64,000 nucleotides of DNA from Candidatus Thorarchaeota archaeon (lineage in GTDB: Archaea; Asgardarchaeota; Thorarchaeia; Thorarchaeales; Thorarchaeaceae). The notes beneath the pieces are model-generated. The model was given only the letters and a program-made list of their open reading frames with translations, was not told the origin of the DNA and did not search any database. Numbering within the stretch: position 1 is the stretch's first letter; each line of letters opens with the position of its first letter. Made by a program: the position numbers and the translations under genes. Positions 31,737 through 43,542 of the stretch are shown here, one piece after another. The stretch covers positions 32,001 through 96,000 of the forward strand of contig PRDH01000081.1 in the NCBI GenBank assembly GCA_003345545.1, written 5' to 3'.

Positions 31737-34346
31737 CTATCCCTCTTTCTTCTCTAGCATAGACTCTATCTTGTCCAATCGGTCCTTGAGGTCTCTGTTT
31801 TGTTTCTCCAGTTCTTCTATACTCTTTTTCAGAGAATCGATTTCTTTTGGCTCCTTCTTCTTGCTCAGGTTTCTAATAGCAATCCTGCATCTACGAACGG
31901 TTCCACTCTCGGCAGCCTGCTCAGCAAGCCGTGACAGCGCAGGTATGAGAGATGCGTCCTCATAGTCTGAAATTGCGGAGATCGTCATGCTCTGCACTCG
32001 GTATGATTTGTCAAGGATATGACTCTCAAGGATTGAGCGTATCTCGGGATGCTCCTTTTTGAAGCGCTTTCCAAGAGTGGCAAGCATGCTAGGAATAGCA
32101 CGTCGAATCCAATCGCTGTTGCCCAGTTCGAGGTACTTCTTGACAACGTCAATGGCTTCCTCTTTCTCAGTCGCTGCAATTCCCTCTAGGCAGCCTATCT
32201 CGACGATATCGTGCCAGCCTGGAGGACATTTCTTCAGGAATTTTGTCAGAATGGCAAATGCATCATCATGTTGCGTCTTGCCAATGGATGTTGCAGCAGC
32301 TGCCACCACAAAGTAGCTCTCCGTATCTCCTAAGATCTTTCTTAGAGCTGTTAATGCTTTGTCGCTCTTGTAGAACTCACCGAGAGCTCTGGCGACAGCG
32401 GTTCTCGCCTTTGTGTTCTTTAGTGTGGTTGCCTTGAGAAGCCATTCTAGAGCCGGCTCGGACTTTAGCGAGCCAAGGACTCTAGCAATCTCGACCTGTG
32501 TTCCCCAGAATTTCTCCTTCAGAAGCACCTCTCCAAGAGCTCCAACAGCCTTTGGGGTTGCCTTCTTCCCCAATGCCTGTGCAGCTTTGATTTTCTGGAT
32601 GGTATTAGTCCCGTTCTGTAGCTGTTCAATCCACATGGGTTCGGGTTTCTCAATATTCCAGTCCATCAGAGTCGCATAATCAGGATCAATTACTATCTGC
32701 GCTGGCTTGCTTCGAACTGGATAATAGAAACCATGCACTCGTTCATTGACCTGCATGGTATGGCGGACCCGTGTTCCTTTTTCATCTACAGACTCCACTG
32801 TGAGTGGGAATCGAAACATCTCTGGTGTCATCCCGTCATCACTACTCTGAGTCTGTTCAATGGTTACATGTACGTGGCCAAGCATCTCATCATGGGTGAC
32901 CTTAATCTTGCACTCCGGGTATCCTGCCTTGTATAGCCACTGCTCGAAGAACCAACCGAAGTCTTCACCTGTCATCTCCGTGAATAGGCTCTCTAGGTCG
33001 TGTGTGTAGGCAGACCTGTGGGAGAACCGGGTCAACCACTCACCTAGTATCTTCCACCAGCGGTCCTCCCCTACAAGATGCTTCAACATATAGTATCTCC
33101 ATGCTGCTCCCGGGTAGAGATGGGCATCAAAGACATCTGAGCCTCGTTCCCACTCATTCTTCACGATTGGTCGACGGTATCTATTCTTGTCCTCGTCAAA
33201 ATAGGACTGCTGCTTTCCGTATTGATCATAGAGATACTCCTCTTCGCCCTTGTCATGGCGTTTCCACTCATTCTGCATCTGAGTCCCCCACCCCTCATTG
33301 AGCCACCCATGTGACCACGTTCTGCATGTGACAAGGTCTCCGCCCCACATATGCGCCAGCTCATGTGCAACAAGGCCCTCTGAGTCAAAGTCGTTATGCG
33401 TCTTCCCATCGTGGAGCGTGGCGTCAGTCTGCGTAGTTGCACTGACATTCTCCATTCCCCCAATGACGAAATTAGCAGCAGTCACTTGCGCGTATTTTGC
33501 CCACGGGTATCTGACTCCAAGTTTTGACTCAAAGAATCTAATCATCTCAGGAGTCTTACCGAAGGAACGGTATACCGTTTCCCTGTCCCACCTCTTGTGG
33601 GCATAATAGCTTACTTCTAGACCGTTGAAACTTTCCTTGTACTCCACATATTCCGAAACTGCTATCGTCATTAGGTATGCGGGAATGGGCTTCTCTTGTA
33701 CCCAGTGGAAGGTTTCCGTTCCATCACTGTTCTCTGTTCGCTCTTTCAAGTAGCCGTTGCTCATCGCAAAGAAACCCTTCGGAACGGTGACGACTGTTTC
33801 AACAGGGAACTTGTGACTTGGGTTATCATATACAGGAACACAATACCGTGCATAATCATCCTGCATCTGTGTCCAAGCACTGGTCTCGACATCTGGAAAT
33901 TGAGGGCTTCGGTTAGTGAAGTACAGTCCAGTTCGAGGATGGTCTATGGAATAAACAAAGGTCAGCTCTTCCATCTCTCTCTCGTTCAGAGTCTGAACCA
34001 AGTCAACTGACATTGTCTGTTCGTCTGGCATCATCTCAAATCTCAAAGAGTTTCCTTCTTTGTCAGTTACTCTCTCAATCATCAATTCCGTTGCGTGTAG
34101 AAAGACTCTCTTTAGTTCCGGAGCAATACTCTCTATACGAATTGAAGAAACTGCATCAACATGCTCATTCCCTAGATTCATCTTCCACTCCAATTTCAGA
34201 TGCAGAATATTGTAGTGCCTTGGAGGTGCCCACTGAGGTTTTGCTGTGGGAAAAGTAAATCCCTCTCTCTCAGCCATTAACATGTTCTCCGCTTCTCGGA
34301 TGCCATCGCGCATCAATGACTCAAGATACTTATGAAAATCCGTCAC
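31737..34346 (-). CDS. pepN: M1-family aminopeptidase with C-terminal HEAT-like repeats
   Basis: GGMEN and HELAH-x18-E (WLNEG) motifs. Confidence 0.9.
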   Translation of the reverse strand: MTDFHKYLESLMRDGIREAENMLMAEREGFTFPTAKPQWAPPRHYNILHLKLEWKMNLGNEHVDAVSSIRIESIAPELKRVFLHATELMIERVTDKEGNSLRFEMMPDEQTMSVDLVQTLNEREMEELTFVYSIDHPRTGLYFTNRSPQFPDVETSAWTQMQDDYARYCVPVYDNPSHKFPVETVVTVPKGFFAMSNGYLKERTENSDGTETFHWVQEKPIPAYLMTIAVSEYVEYKESFNGLEVSYYAHKRWDRETVYRSFGKTPEMIRFFESKLGVRYPWAKYAQVTAANFVIGGMENVSATTQTDATLHDGKTHNDFDSEGLVAHELAHMWGGDLVTCRTWSHGWLNEGWGTQMQNEWKRHDKGEEEYLYDQYGKQQSYFDEDKNRYRRPIVKNEWERGSDVFDAHLYPGAAWRYYMLKHLVGEDRWWKILGEWLTRFSHRSAYTHDLESLFTEMTGEDFGWFFEQWLYKAGYPECKIKVTHDEMLGHVHVTIEQTQSSDDGMTPEMFRFPLTVESVDEKGTRVRHTMQVNERVHGFYYPVRSKPAQIVIDPDYATLMDWNIEKPEPMWIEQLQNGTNTIQKIKAAQALGKKATPKAVGALGEVLLKEKFWGTQVEIARVLGSLKSEPALEWLLKATTLKNTKARTAVARALGEFYKSDKALTALRKILGDTESYFVVAAAATSIGKTQHDDAFAILTKFLKKCPPGWHDIVEIGCLEGIAATEKEEAIDVVKKYLELGNSDWIRRAIPSMLATLGKRFKKEHPEIRSILESHILDKSYRVQSMTISAISDYEDASLIPALSRLAEQAAESGTVRRCRIAIRNLSKKKEPKEIDSLKKSIEELEKQNRDLKDRLDKIESMLEKKEG

Positions 34347-34709
34347 CTGGGCTCTCTCCAGTTTCTTTTACTGGGCTTCTCCACGGATGGAGTATGTTAT
34401 GAAGTTTCGTGCCTCCGCAGGTGAAAGCGCACTGAGAGCCAAGCTTGACCAGAATCATCTACTGAATGGCTCACGAATGGAGCCGCATAGCCCTTTTCTG
34501 TGGGTGCAGTTGTTTCTTTAGCAGCCCCTTGGAAAGCTTTTTATTAGAACTCTTCGCGGAAGAGTTTGCTTTCGCATCATACGGTGTCAGGCCGGATGCT
34601 GTCGGCGAATGCCAAGCTATGATGGCTCGTGATTTCCAGATGCGATGACAAGATGCGGACGTGAGATAGACTGGCACACATGTGACAGAATACCCTCAGG
34701 TCTAAGAAA

Positions 34710-34782
34710 GGCTCAACAGTGTGCAGGTATAACATGGGTAAGCTATCTCTGCTAACCCCGTTAAGCCTGTACTTCATCAAGC
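34710..34782 (+). other. 5' leader strand of the pre-16S processing stem
   Basis: Colinear complementarity to the trailer 36466-36580 in six blocks (see findings). Confidence 0.8.
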
Positions 34783-34870
34783 GAATTAAGTTCTGTGTGT
34801 AAAAGTGTTGTACAAAGTGACTGAGTACTACTCCAGTCATTCCTTGCTAAGATGTACAATATTAGGACCA

Positions 34871-36432
<1,562 letters not shown>

Positions 36433-36600
36433 AAGTTTTCACCATCTTCAAGATGGTGAAGATTAGCTTGCCTGTCTTCGGACAGGTAGAGGTACAGGCC
36501 TTCGACGGGGAACGCGGTGCAATCGTAAGGTTGCCCCGACGCCAAAGTGGAGAACTTGCTCTTGCTGTCGCTGTTGAGCCACCCTTTTCCTTTTTCATTC
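36433..36600 (+). repeat. Native 16S 3' trailer (hairpins, processing-stem strand, T-tract); prototype of the array repeat
   Basis: Directly follows the 16S gene; ends ctgttgagccaccc-ttttccttttt. Confidence 0.9.
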
Positions 36601-36712
36601 ATTTACATATGCAAGTTGACTCTCTATGTGTCATCTTGGAGGAAGTCCTTTCTTGATTTTCTCCAAGAGATCTCGTACCTCGCCAAACATCGCATCATAA
36701 TCGATGACTATG

Positions 36713-37924
36713 CTAGAGTATCTCCGGAGTCGATTTTGAATCAATACCTGTGCGAGTCGCGCGAATTCTTCGTCTTCTCCAACGAAGACCAAGGATACCA
36801 ATAGTGAGTGCAATTGCAATTCCAGCGGTTCCAATGACTATCAGTAGAAGGTCCTCTTGACCTGAGAGGAGAAGCATGTCAAGATTGCCTCCTGCAGAGG
36901 TTCTGAGAATACAGCCATCGTATCCTACTACCCATCCGTGCAACTCATCAACGAAACAGACAGCCATCCTGCGACTGCCTATGTCGGTAGGAACTGATTG
37001 TTGATACCAGGTACTTCCACCATTCGGCGTGTGCATCACAGGGATCTCATCGCCTACGATCCATCCGTGCTGGTCATCAATGAATTGTATATCTGAACAA
37101 TATGGAGATCTGAGCCGAAATGAAGGAAGTCTTCCGGGGACAGCCAGCTCCTCCCACGTATGGTCTTGCTCCATGTGGAGGAGGTAGCCATCACTGACAC
37201 CCCATGCTTCGTCTTCGTTGGGAAACGATAGGCTCCAGCCTCCCTTATCAAAGACCTTCTCCCAGGTCTCCGCGCCATCATCGCTATGGTAGATACCATC
37301 ATAGCCAATCGCCCATACTTCATGCTCGGTCAAGAAATGCATGTCCCGAGGATTATCGTCAAACGTCCAACCAGTCATATTCTGCCAGGTCTGCCCTCCA
37401 TCAGTTGTTTTGAAAAGCATCTGCATCGTGGCAGTCCATCCATGGGTCTCATTGAGGAACTCCACCGTACTCATGGTCGACAGACGATTACTACCCGCAA
37501 GAGAGGTATGCCATGACGCTCCACTATCGTTTGTGAAGTAGAGACGACCGAGTCCAGTCACCCATACTGTTCGATCATTCACTACCTCAATTTGTCTGAA
37601 TATCTGCGAATCATCAGCGAGCTGGGTCTCCCAGGTGTCCCCACCGTCTTCTGTGTGAAGAATAATACCACCTCTAGTTATGTTAGGGTACAATATTCCC
37701 ACGACCCATCCGTGAGAGGAATTGATGAACTCAACATCACGAAATGTAGCCTCTGGGTAGTCGCTCTCAAGGGATATCCACGTTGTGGCCTGAGTCTGTG
37801 CAGGTCCTATCGACGCTGCATCTGTAGAAGTTATAGGCAGACCTGTGTATGCAAATCCAAGTAGGATCAGCAGTAGTATAGCACTGAGCCTGCGACCGGT
37901 TCTGGATGTTCTCAGGGGAATCAT
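36713..37924 (-). CDS. Ycf48/BNR-repeat beta-propeller surface protein with C-terminal membrane anchor
   Basis: Repeated TxDGGxTW Asp-boxes; start re-set to MIPLR because the longer ORF reads through the repeat. Confidence 0.88.
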   Translation of the reverse strand: MIPLRTSRTGRRLSAILLLILLGFAYTGLPITSTDAASIGPAQTQATTWISLESDYPEATFRDVEFINSSHGWVVGILYPNITRGGIILHTEDGGDTWETQLADDSQIFRQIEVVNDRTVWVTGLGRLYFTNDSGASWHTSLAGSNRLSTMSTVEFLNETHGWTATMQMLFKTTDGGQTWQNMTGWTFDDNPRDMHFLTEHEVWAIGYDGIYHSDDGAETWEKVFDKGGWSLSFPNEDEAWGVSDGYLLHMEQDHTWEELAVPGRLPSFRLRSPYCSDIQFIDDQHGWIVGDEIPVMHTPNGGSTWYQQSVPTDIGSRRMAVCFVDELHGWVVGYDGCILRTSAGGNLDMLLLSGQEDLLLIVIGTAGIAIALTIGILGLRWRRRRIRATRTGIDSKSTPEIL

Positions 37925-38000
37925 GCTCAGCTTATTCCTTACAGAATTGGTCTTGAATGAGTTATCATATAGGTCTTTGTCCACCTTAGGTGGATACGAA

Positions 38001-38110
38001 GTAGAGGTACAGGCCTTCGACGGGGAACGCGGTGCAATCGTCAGGTTGCCCGATGCCAAAGTGGGGAACTTGCTCGTGCTGTCGCTGTTGAGCCACCCTT
38101 TTCCTTTTTC
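38001..38110 (+). repeat. Trailer repeat copy 1
   Basis: Near-identical to 36486-36596. Confidence 0.95.
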
Positions 38111-38218
38111 ACCCATCTATCAGACTCAGTGGACCATTTATCAATTGATTTAAGAATCAGTCTGACTCCAAGTTCCTTGACTTTGATTACGTGGTAATGA
38201 TAGGGTGGCTAATGAAGA

Positions 38219-38674
38219 ATGACCAGTGACAGACTGGCAAAATGGATCATGGCTATTACAACTCTGTTTGCCCCCTTTGGCGTGTACGCTTTCTCAGTAC
38301 GTAACTCTATCCTCACGGTATCAATGCACGCTGTGTTATGGGGTATCATGCCAGGAGAGTCTGGAAATACTGGGTCGACACTATTTGATATGTACATCAT
38401 TATAGGGAGGGGTTTATTTTATGGCATCTTTAACATCTGGTTTGGCATAGAGGTCATCAGATACTTCAATGACTACACCCGTAGACGAATGGCCATTCAA
38501 TCGGGAATCATATCATTACTCTACCCCTTTGCAATGGTCATCATTTCATGGCCTTGGCTTCAACATTCAACAACATTTGAGTATCTTGGACCAATTCCCA
38601 TCCAATTTATCGTTGGTCTCTTGTTGATGAAGTACTTTGGAGAACAAAAACCTCTTGAACCTTGGAGCGATTAA
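38219..38674 (+). CDS. Hypothetical membrane protein
   Basis: 151-aa hydrophobic ORF, GPIPIQFIVGLLLMK motif. Confidence 0.75.
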   Translation: MTSDRLAKWIMAITTLFAPFGVYAFSVRNSILTVSMHAVLWGIMPGESGNTGSTLFDMYIIIGRGLFYGIFNIWFGIEVIRYFNDYTRRRMAIQSGIISLLYPFAMVIISWPWLQHSTTFEYLGPIPIQFIVGLLLMKYFGEQKPLEPWSD

Positions 38675-38858
38675 AATAGTGGCATTTGCTTCTCTATCTA
38701 CTACCTCGGTGGAAACCCTCTCTTGACACGTTTTAGCATGAATCGCATATTGGTTGAGAGTAGTTAATATTGACCGTTTCAGACAACTACATAGAGAGTT
38801 GATTCACAATCCCATAGATGAAAGAGTTTAATTCATAACCTTCGGATGGTAGTACATA

Positions 38859-39095
38859 ATGATGAAAGTAAAATTCACTGCTGTTGTATGGGAAGAAGAG
38901 GGGACATACGTTTCCAAATGTCCCGAGATTGATGTATCATCTGCAGGGGACACCGTTGAAGAGGCTCTGGCTAACCTCACAGAGGCAATAGAGCTCTGGC
39001 TCGTCAATGCACGTGAGCTTGGAATCATGGATGAGTATCTTCCGATGATGACTGCCTCTGAGAAGTCCACACGTACGATCGAGATCAACGTCTGA
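38859..39095 (+). CDS. hicB: HicB-family antitoxin
   Basis: YVSKCPEIDVSSAGDTVEEALANLTEAIELW. Confidence 0.92.
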   Translation: MMKVKFTAVVWEEEGTYVSKCPEIDVSSAGDTVEEALANLTEAIELWLVNARELGIMDEYLPMMTASEKSTRTIEINV

Positions 39096-39140
39096 GTTCT
39101 AGATTTGTATGGCCGTTATAGCTGGCACACAGTGATGTCA

Positions 39141-39374
39141 ATGAGTAAGTTACCTCAGATCAGTAGTAAGAAGCTCATCCGGAGGTTACTCAAGGCTGGT
39201 TTTCAATACGCTCCTGTGAAAGGAAAAGGTAGTCATACCGCTCTCGTCAGGTATGATGATAATCGACCATATCTCGTTATCATTCCTCACAGAGATCCGA
39301 TTCCAAAGGGAACTCTTCTCTCAATCATCAAACAGAGTGGACTATCAAAAGAGAAATTTCTAGGCTTGTTATGA
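39141..39374 (+). CDS. hicA: HicA-family toxin
   Basis: KGSH and IIPH...IPKGTLLSIIKQSGL motifs. Confidence 0.92.
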   Translation: MSKLPQISSKKLIRRLLKAGFQYAPVKGKGSHTALVRYDDNRPYLVIIPHRDPIPKGTLLSIIKQSGLSKEKFLGLL

Positions 39375-39422
39375 AGATTCGAGTACTCCTTTTGAAGGAC
39401 TGACTTGTTCATCCCAAATGAA

Positions 39423-39529
39423 TACAGGTCTTCGACGGCGGGGAACGCGGTGCAATCGTCAGGTTGCCCGATGCCAAAGTGGGGAACTTGCTCGTGCTGT
39501 TCGCTGTTGAGCCACCCTTTCGTTTTTCA
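39423..39529 (+). repeat. Trailer repeat copy 2
   Basis: tacaggtcttcgacggcggggaacgcgg...gctgttgagccacccttt. Confidence 0.95.
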
Positions 39530-39573
39530 CTAGTTACTTCAATCAGTGCTGATTGAGGTTGAATGCAGGAGTT

Positions 39574-39780
39574 TCAAGTCTCTCTGTAACTGAGTTTCAA
39601 TATTGCTAGAGCCACTGCAGATAGACCTAATGCAAGCACGATCATTTGAGCTCCAGCTATCACATCTGCGTTGAAGCCGCCCGATAGACTACCCAAGAGT
39701 AATGTTGCTGTTAATAATGCTAACACTACTAGAATATACACCAAAACTGATAGAACTCTCTGATGATTAATTGGAAACAC
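39574..39780 (-). CDS. Small 2-TM hypothetical protein
   Basis: 68-aa hydrophobic ORF filling the interval between two repeats. Confidence 0.5.
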   Translation of the reverse strand: MFPINHQRVLSVLVYILVVLALLTATLLLGSLSGGFNADVIAGAQMIVLALGLSAVALAILKLSYRET

Positions 39781-39886
39781 CTCCCAGTATTACATAACTA
39801 GAGATTCACTCAGAAGAACCTTCCTCTTCTATCCTAGTATTCCATGTTATCAGCTTTTCCGAATGCATATCTCTCTGATGGACCTC

Positions 39887-39958
39887 GGGTACGGACCAAC
39901 GGGGTCGGACTGTCGGGGAACTTGCCCCTGCTGTCGCTGTTGAGCCACCCCTTCATTC
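39887..39958 (+). repeat. Trailer repeat copy 3 (short variant)
   Basis: ggggaacttgcccctgctgtcgctgttgagccacccc. Confidence 0.9.
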
Positions 39959-40034
39959 TTCAGCTGGCTGTTTGAGTGCAGATTGATGGAGGAGTTTATA
40001 TATCTACATCTACACATGTAGATTGTGAAGTAGT

Positions 40035-40283
40035 ATGACATCAAAGACAATCTCTGTGACAGAAGATGTCTACAACCTTCTCCGGAAGATGCGATTACCT
40101 GGTGAGAGTTTCGGTGATACCATCAACCGACTATGTAAGTCCAAGACATCACTCTCTCTCCGTATATGGGCTGAGTCCTCCGATGGCTGGAGCGATTTGA
40201 CCCCTGAAGAAGCTACACGACTGGAAAACACCCTTGAAACAATCCGCATCACACTTCATCCCGAAGAGGTCGATCTAGATTGA
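40035..40283 (+). CDS. vapB: VapB-family antitoxin
   Basis: KTISVTEDVY...GESFGDTINRL pattern; overlaps a PIN gene. Confidence 0.88.
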   Translation: MTSKTISVTEDVYNLLRKMRLPGESFGDTINRLCKSKTSLSLRIWAESSDGWSDLTPEEATRLENTLETIRITLHPEEVDLD

Positions 40284-40687
40284 TCTTCTTGGACACCACC
40301 CTTCTTGTAGACATCCTGAGAAAGGATAGGGTGGCAATCTCATGGCTGAATGACCTTGAAGAGCAAGCTCTGTATACATCAGAAATCAATGTCTTTGAAC
40401 TATATACCGGCCTCTTCCGCGTTTCCCAAGGTTCTACTACAAAAAGAAAGAAGAGGGCTCTCGAGCTCGAGCAACTTCTCTCCAGGATGGAAGTACTTAC
40501 GTTTGACAGAAATGCTGCCATTGAATCCGCGAAGATACTCTCCCTCCTGATGAGCAGAGGAGAACCCATTGGTACGCGTGACATCATGATTGCTGGTGTG
40601 GCACTATCCACGGGGATAACACAGCTAGTGACACGCAATATCCAAGAGTTCCAAAGGATTCCAGGTATACGTGTTGACTCCTACTAG
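40280..40687 (+). CDS. vapC: VapC/PIN-domain toxin
   Basis: FLDTTLLVD...EL...DIMIAG...VTRNIQEF. Confidence 0.93.
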   Translation: MIFLDTTLLVDILRKDRVAISWLNDLEEQALYTSEINVFELYTGLFRVSQGSTTKRKKRALELEQLLSRMEVLTFDRNAAIESAKILSLLMSRGEPIGTRDIMIAGVALSTGITQLVTRNIQEFQRIPGIRVDSY

Positions 40688-40749
40688 ATTGACTTCTTGC
40701 ATGAATCAATAATCACGAAGCATAGAATGGTTCAATAACCTTGAAGCAT

Positions 40750-41122
40750 ATGAAGGCTGAAACCGTGTTAATCTCATTGCTGTTCTGTGGCAGTTCCCTG
40801 CAATCTCAGACGCCCCTCATTTCGAGATACTCTCTAGTCTTCGGTTGGTTTTCTTCATAGTTGTAATGACATACATCTGGTCTTCGCACTATCAGTCAAT
40901 GAGTACTTACAAGGAAAATCAACTGCATTCAGGGTCTCCATACTCTGGGCTGTCAGTCAGACGCCTATTCATGTACTTAGCCTTCCCCGTTGTTTTACAG
41001 GGTCATATCCTGGATCGATCTTCTACACCGGTCCTACATTCATAATTCTGATTGCCGGGTTGCTCTTGATGAAGCTCGTTCGGCAACGCAGCAATAGGCT
41101 GTGGGTCGAGTCTACTCAGTAG
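40750..41122 (+). pseudogene. Frameshifted relic of the 38219-type membrane protein
   Basis: 3' frame reads GPTFIILIAGLLLMKLVRQRSNRLW*, similar to GPIPIQFIVGLLLMKYFGEQKPLEPW; no continuous ORF. Confidence 0.55.
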
Positions 41123-41152
41123 GACACTCTCGAGACGATGAATCATGCATAT

Positions 41153-41250
41153 GCTTTCAAGGCAAAATGCAGTGCAATCTTCAGGTTGCCCCGACGCCAA
41201 GGTGGGGAACTTGCCCCTGCTGTTCGCTGTTGAGCCACCCTTTTCTTTTT
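41153..41250 (+). repeat. Trailer repeat copy 4
   Basis: gcagtgcaatcttcaggttgccccgacgcc...gctgttgagccacccttttcttttt. Confidence 0.93.
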
Positions 41251-41409
41251 ACAATATCTTTCAGAATGAGTTGAGTCTATTTTCTATCATGAGATCATTG
41301 TGATATTGAGATGTCCGTTAGAATTCTCTTCACATCATCTATTGTCAACAATCTGAAATGGACCATTATTGATGGTGTTTTTTTGAGCATCTCTATTGAT
41401 TCAATCGAA

Positions 41410-41847
41410 TTAGATATTGGTCGGGTCAAGTCTTGTTAGACCTTCTATTCTATCATAGATACGATCTGTTGAAGCAATAGTATGATCCGGATTGTCATTA
41501 CTGAGTGAAACTGCTGCATAAATCGCATCAAAGATGGAACCCAATCTATAATTCTCCAAGAGATATAGCGCTGCTAGTTGATGATCAATTGTAGAAGGGA
41601 CAACTGAGATATTTGGGAACGTAACAACGTGACTTATGATATCACGAACTGAGGACACACCAGTGAGGTTTCTCAAGACATAGTAAAGTTCTATGGAGAA
41701 GATACTTGGAACAAGGACACTCCCGAACTTACCTTCTTCAATACTTGAGAAAAGTCGAGTCGCATGCGTTTTTAGATTGTCATTCTTCTTATAGAACGCC
41801 AAGATCATATCGTTCTCGATTAGCATTCCGTTTCTTTCCGCCTCCAT
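41410..41847 (-). CDS. PIN-domain (VapC-like) toxin (start probably ~41826)
   Basis: LIENDMI...IEL...FDAIYAA...STDRIYD. Confidence 0.88.
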   Translation of the reverse strand: MEAERNGMLIENDMILAFYKKNDNLKTHATRLFSSIEEGKFGSVLVPSIFSIELYYVLRNLTGVSSVRDIISHVVTFPNISVVPSTIDHQLAALYLLENYRLGSIFDAIYAAVSLSNDNPDHTIASTDRIYDRIEGLTRLDPTNI

Positions 41848-42068
41848 CGTTTGGATACATCCTTCGCAATCTCTGCATCTGCTTTGGCAAGGAGGTCCGC
41901 AATTGGTCCCTCAATATCCAATTCTGGTTTATCAGAGGGGATAGGAAAGAGGATATGATAAGATCCAATGGTAAGGAGAAGAAAAGTATCTCCTTCGAGT
42001 CCTGCCTTTCTTGGGATTCTGATGCGTCTTTGATCATCCATTCGAACTCTTACCATCAAGATGAACAC
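41820..42068 (-). CDS. AbrB/MazE-like antitoxin
   Basis: VRMDDQRRIRIP motif; overlaps the PIN gene. Confidence 0.8.
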   Translation of the reverse strand: MFILMVRVRMDDQRRIRIPRKAGLEGDTFLLLTIGSYHILFPIPSDKPELDIEGPIADLLAKADAEIAKDVSKRWRRKETEC

Positions 42069-42202
42069 CTCGTATGATTGTAAGACAAATATGATTTAAA
42101 GATATGGATGAAATTCACACTTTATGGATGAAATATGTATATATTGACCTATTTCTATCAGGCTACAATATTCGGCGACATCTCATTCGATTGATTCAGG
42201 GA

Positions 42203-42431
42203 GTATCCGACGCGGAAGCTGCGGATGGAAGAAGTTGAGATTTCCTCATCTTCCATCACTCACCTCCTATTTTTTCTACTTCATAGAGGTAGAAGCAGCT
42301 TGGCTCGCAGTCCTTCGGGGCTGTGGGAGAAGTACGGGCCTTCGACAGCGGGGAACGCGGTGCAATCGTCAGGTTGCCCCGACGCCAAAGTGGGGAACTT
42401 GCTCTTGCTGCGGCTGTTGAGCCACCCTTTT
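42203..42431 (+). repeat. Trailer repeat copy 5, including an orphan 16S 3' end (helix 45 and anti-SD, 42203-42268) interrupted by a 30-nt BHB intron (42230-42259)
   Basis: gtatccgacgcggaagctgcggatgga[30 nt]tcacctcct, then a complete diverged trailer. Confidence 0.93.
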
Positions 42432-42532
42432 CGTTGTCTATCGTCAATTTCGGATGAGTGTAAGTCAGGTTTATCTTCTCTCTCGTTTGCTTTCAGGTTT
42501 AAATATGTGACTTGACCAAGTGGGAATAATCA

Positions 42533-43300
42533 GTGAAAGTCAAATGTTTTGATTGTGATGAAGTGATTGAAGCGGACAGCCTTGAAATGCTAGCAGATGT
42601 TTTTGTGACACATGGTATAAGGATCCATTCTTGGGAGTATCCCGAAGAGGCGATAAGAAATTACGCCTGCAATTACGCAGAAGCAGTAGAGCGACTCACA
42701 GGTGATACAGCAAGAAAAGAGGAAATTGGCGAAATCACGATACATCCAGTCACAAAGGACTCCATAGATGATTGGTTACATTTTTTCGATCATGATGGTT
42801 TCGCCGATAATCCTGGGTGGGCATCCTGCTACTGCCTCCAACCACATTTACCTACGACAGATGAGAACCTAGATCGTCCATGGCGTGAATCACGATCAAT
42901 CATGGTCAAACGCCTCTTAAAGGGAGAAACATTTGGGTACTTAGCGTATGTTGATAACAAACCAGTGGGATGGGTAAACGCTTCTTTGTGCAGTGAGTAT
43001 AAGCTTCTTCAACAAAGCGATCCGAATGGTCCTGAGTCAGCATCAATAATTGGTATCTCGTGTTTCGTGGTTGCTCCGCCCTATAGAAGACATGGAATTG
43101 CGTCAGCCTTACTCGATCGTGTTATTGCGGACGCTGCCTCCCGTGGTGCATTGTGGATTGAGGGCTACCCTCGCAATAAGCCCGAGAGTAAAGATGACGC
43201 GCACTTTCGAGGACCTAGTAGTATGTACACTAATCGTGGATTCCAACCAGTTGTTGTTCGAGGACGTGATACTGTAATGCGTTTGCAGGTACACTATTGA
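42533..43300 (+). CDS. GNAT-family acetyltransferase
   Basis: CYC...ISCFVVAPPYRRHGIA...IEGYP. Confidence 0.9.
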   Translation: MKVKCFDCDEVIEADSLEMLADVFVTHGIRIHSWEYPEEAIRNYACNYAEAVERLTGDTARKEEIGEITIHPVTKDSIDDWLHFFDHDGFADNPGWASCYCLQPHLPTTDENLDRPWRESRSIMVKRLLKGETFGYLAYVDNKPVGWVNASLCSEYKLLQQSDPNGPESASIIGISCFVVAPPYRRHGIASALLDRVIADAASRGALWIEGYPRNKPESKDDAHFRGPSSMYTNRGFQPVVVRGRDTVMRLQVHY

Positions 43301-43344
43301 CTTCCCTTCAATGAAATTATAAGTAATCATCAACATTATGATTT

Positions 43345-43542
43345 ATGATAGATATGGGCGAGACCACTACGATTCCACTGACTAAAGAGACACGTGATCT
43401 CCTGAAGAAACATGGTCAGAAGGGAGAGACCTACGACGAACTAATTCGTCGTCTTCTTCAGATAGCCGAACAAGTGGAGTTTGCCAGAAGACAGAAACGA
43501 ATTCTCGAGGAAGAGGAGTTCGTTCCACTTGACCAAGTATAG
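43345..43542 (+). CDS. Putative antitoxin (archaeal RHH-like)
   Basis: TTIPLTKETRDLLKK...GETYDELIRRL; overlaps relE. Confidence 0.8.
   Translation: MIDMGETTTIPLTKETRDLLKKHGQKGETYDELIRRLLQIAEQVEFARRQKRILEEEEFVPLDQV

Noticed and set aside
36505-36545. Cobalamin riboswitch resemblance (GGGAACGCGGTGCAATC...TGCCCC)
   Set aside because: Only a short local similarity; no B12 box, and context is the rRNA trailer rather than a 5' UTR.
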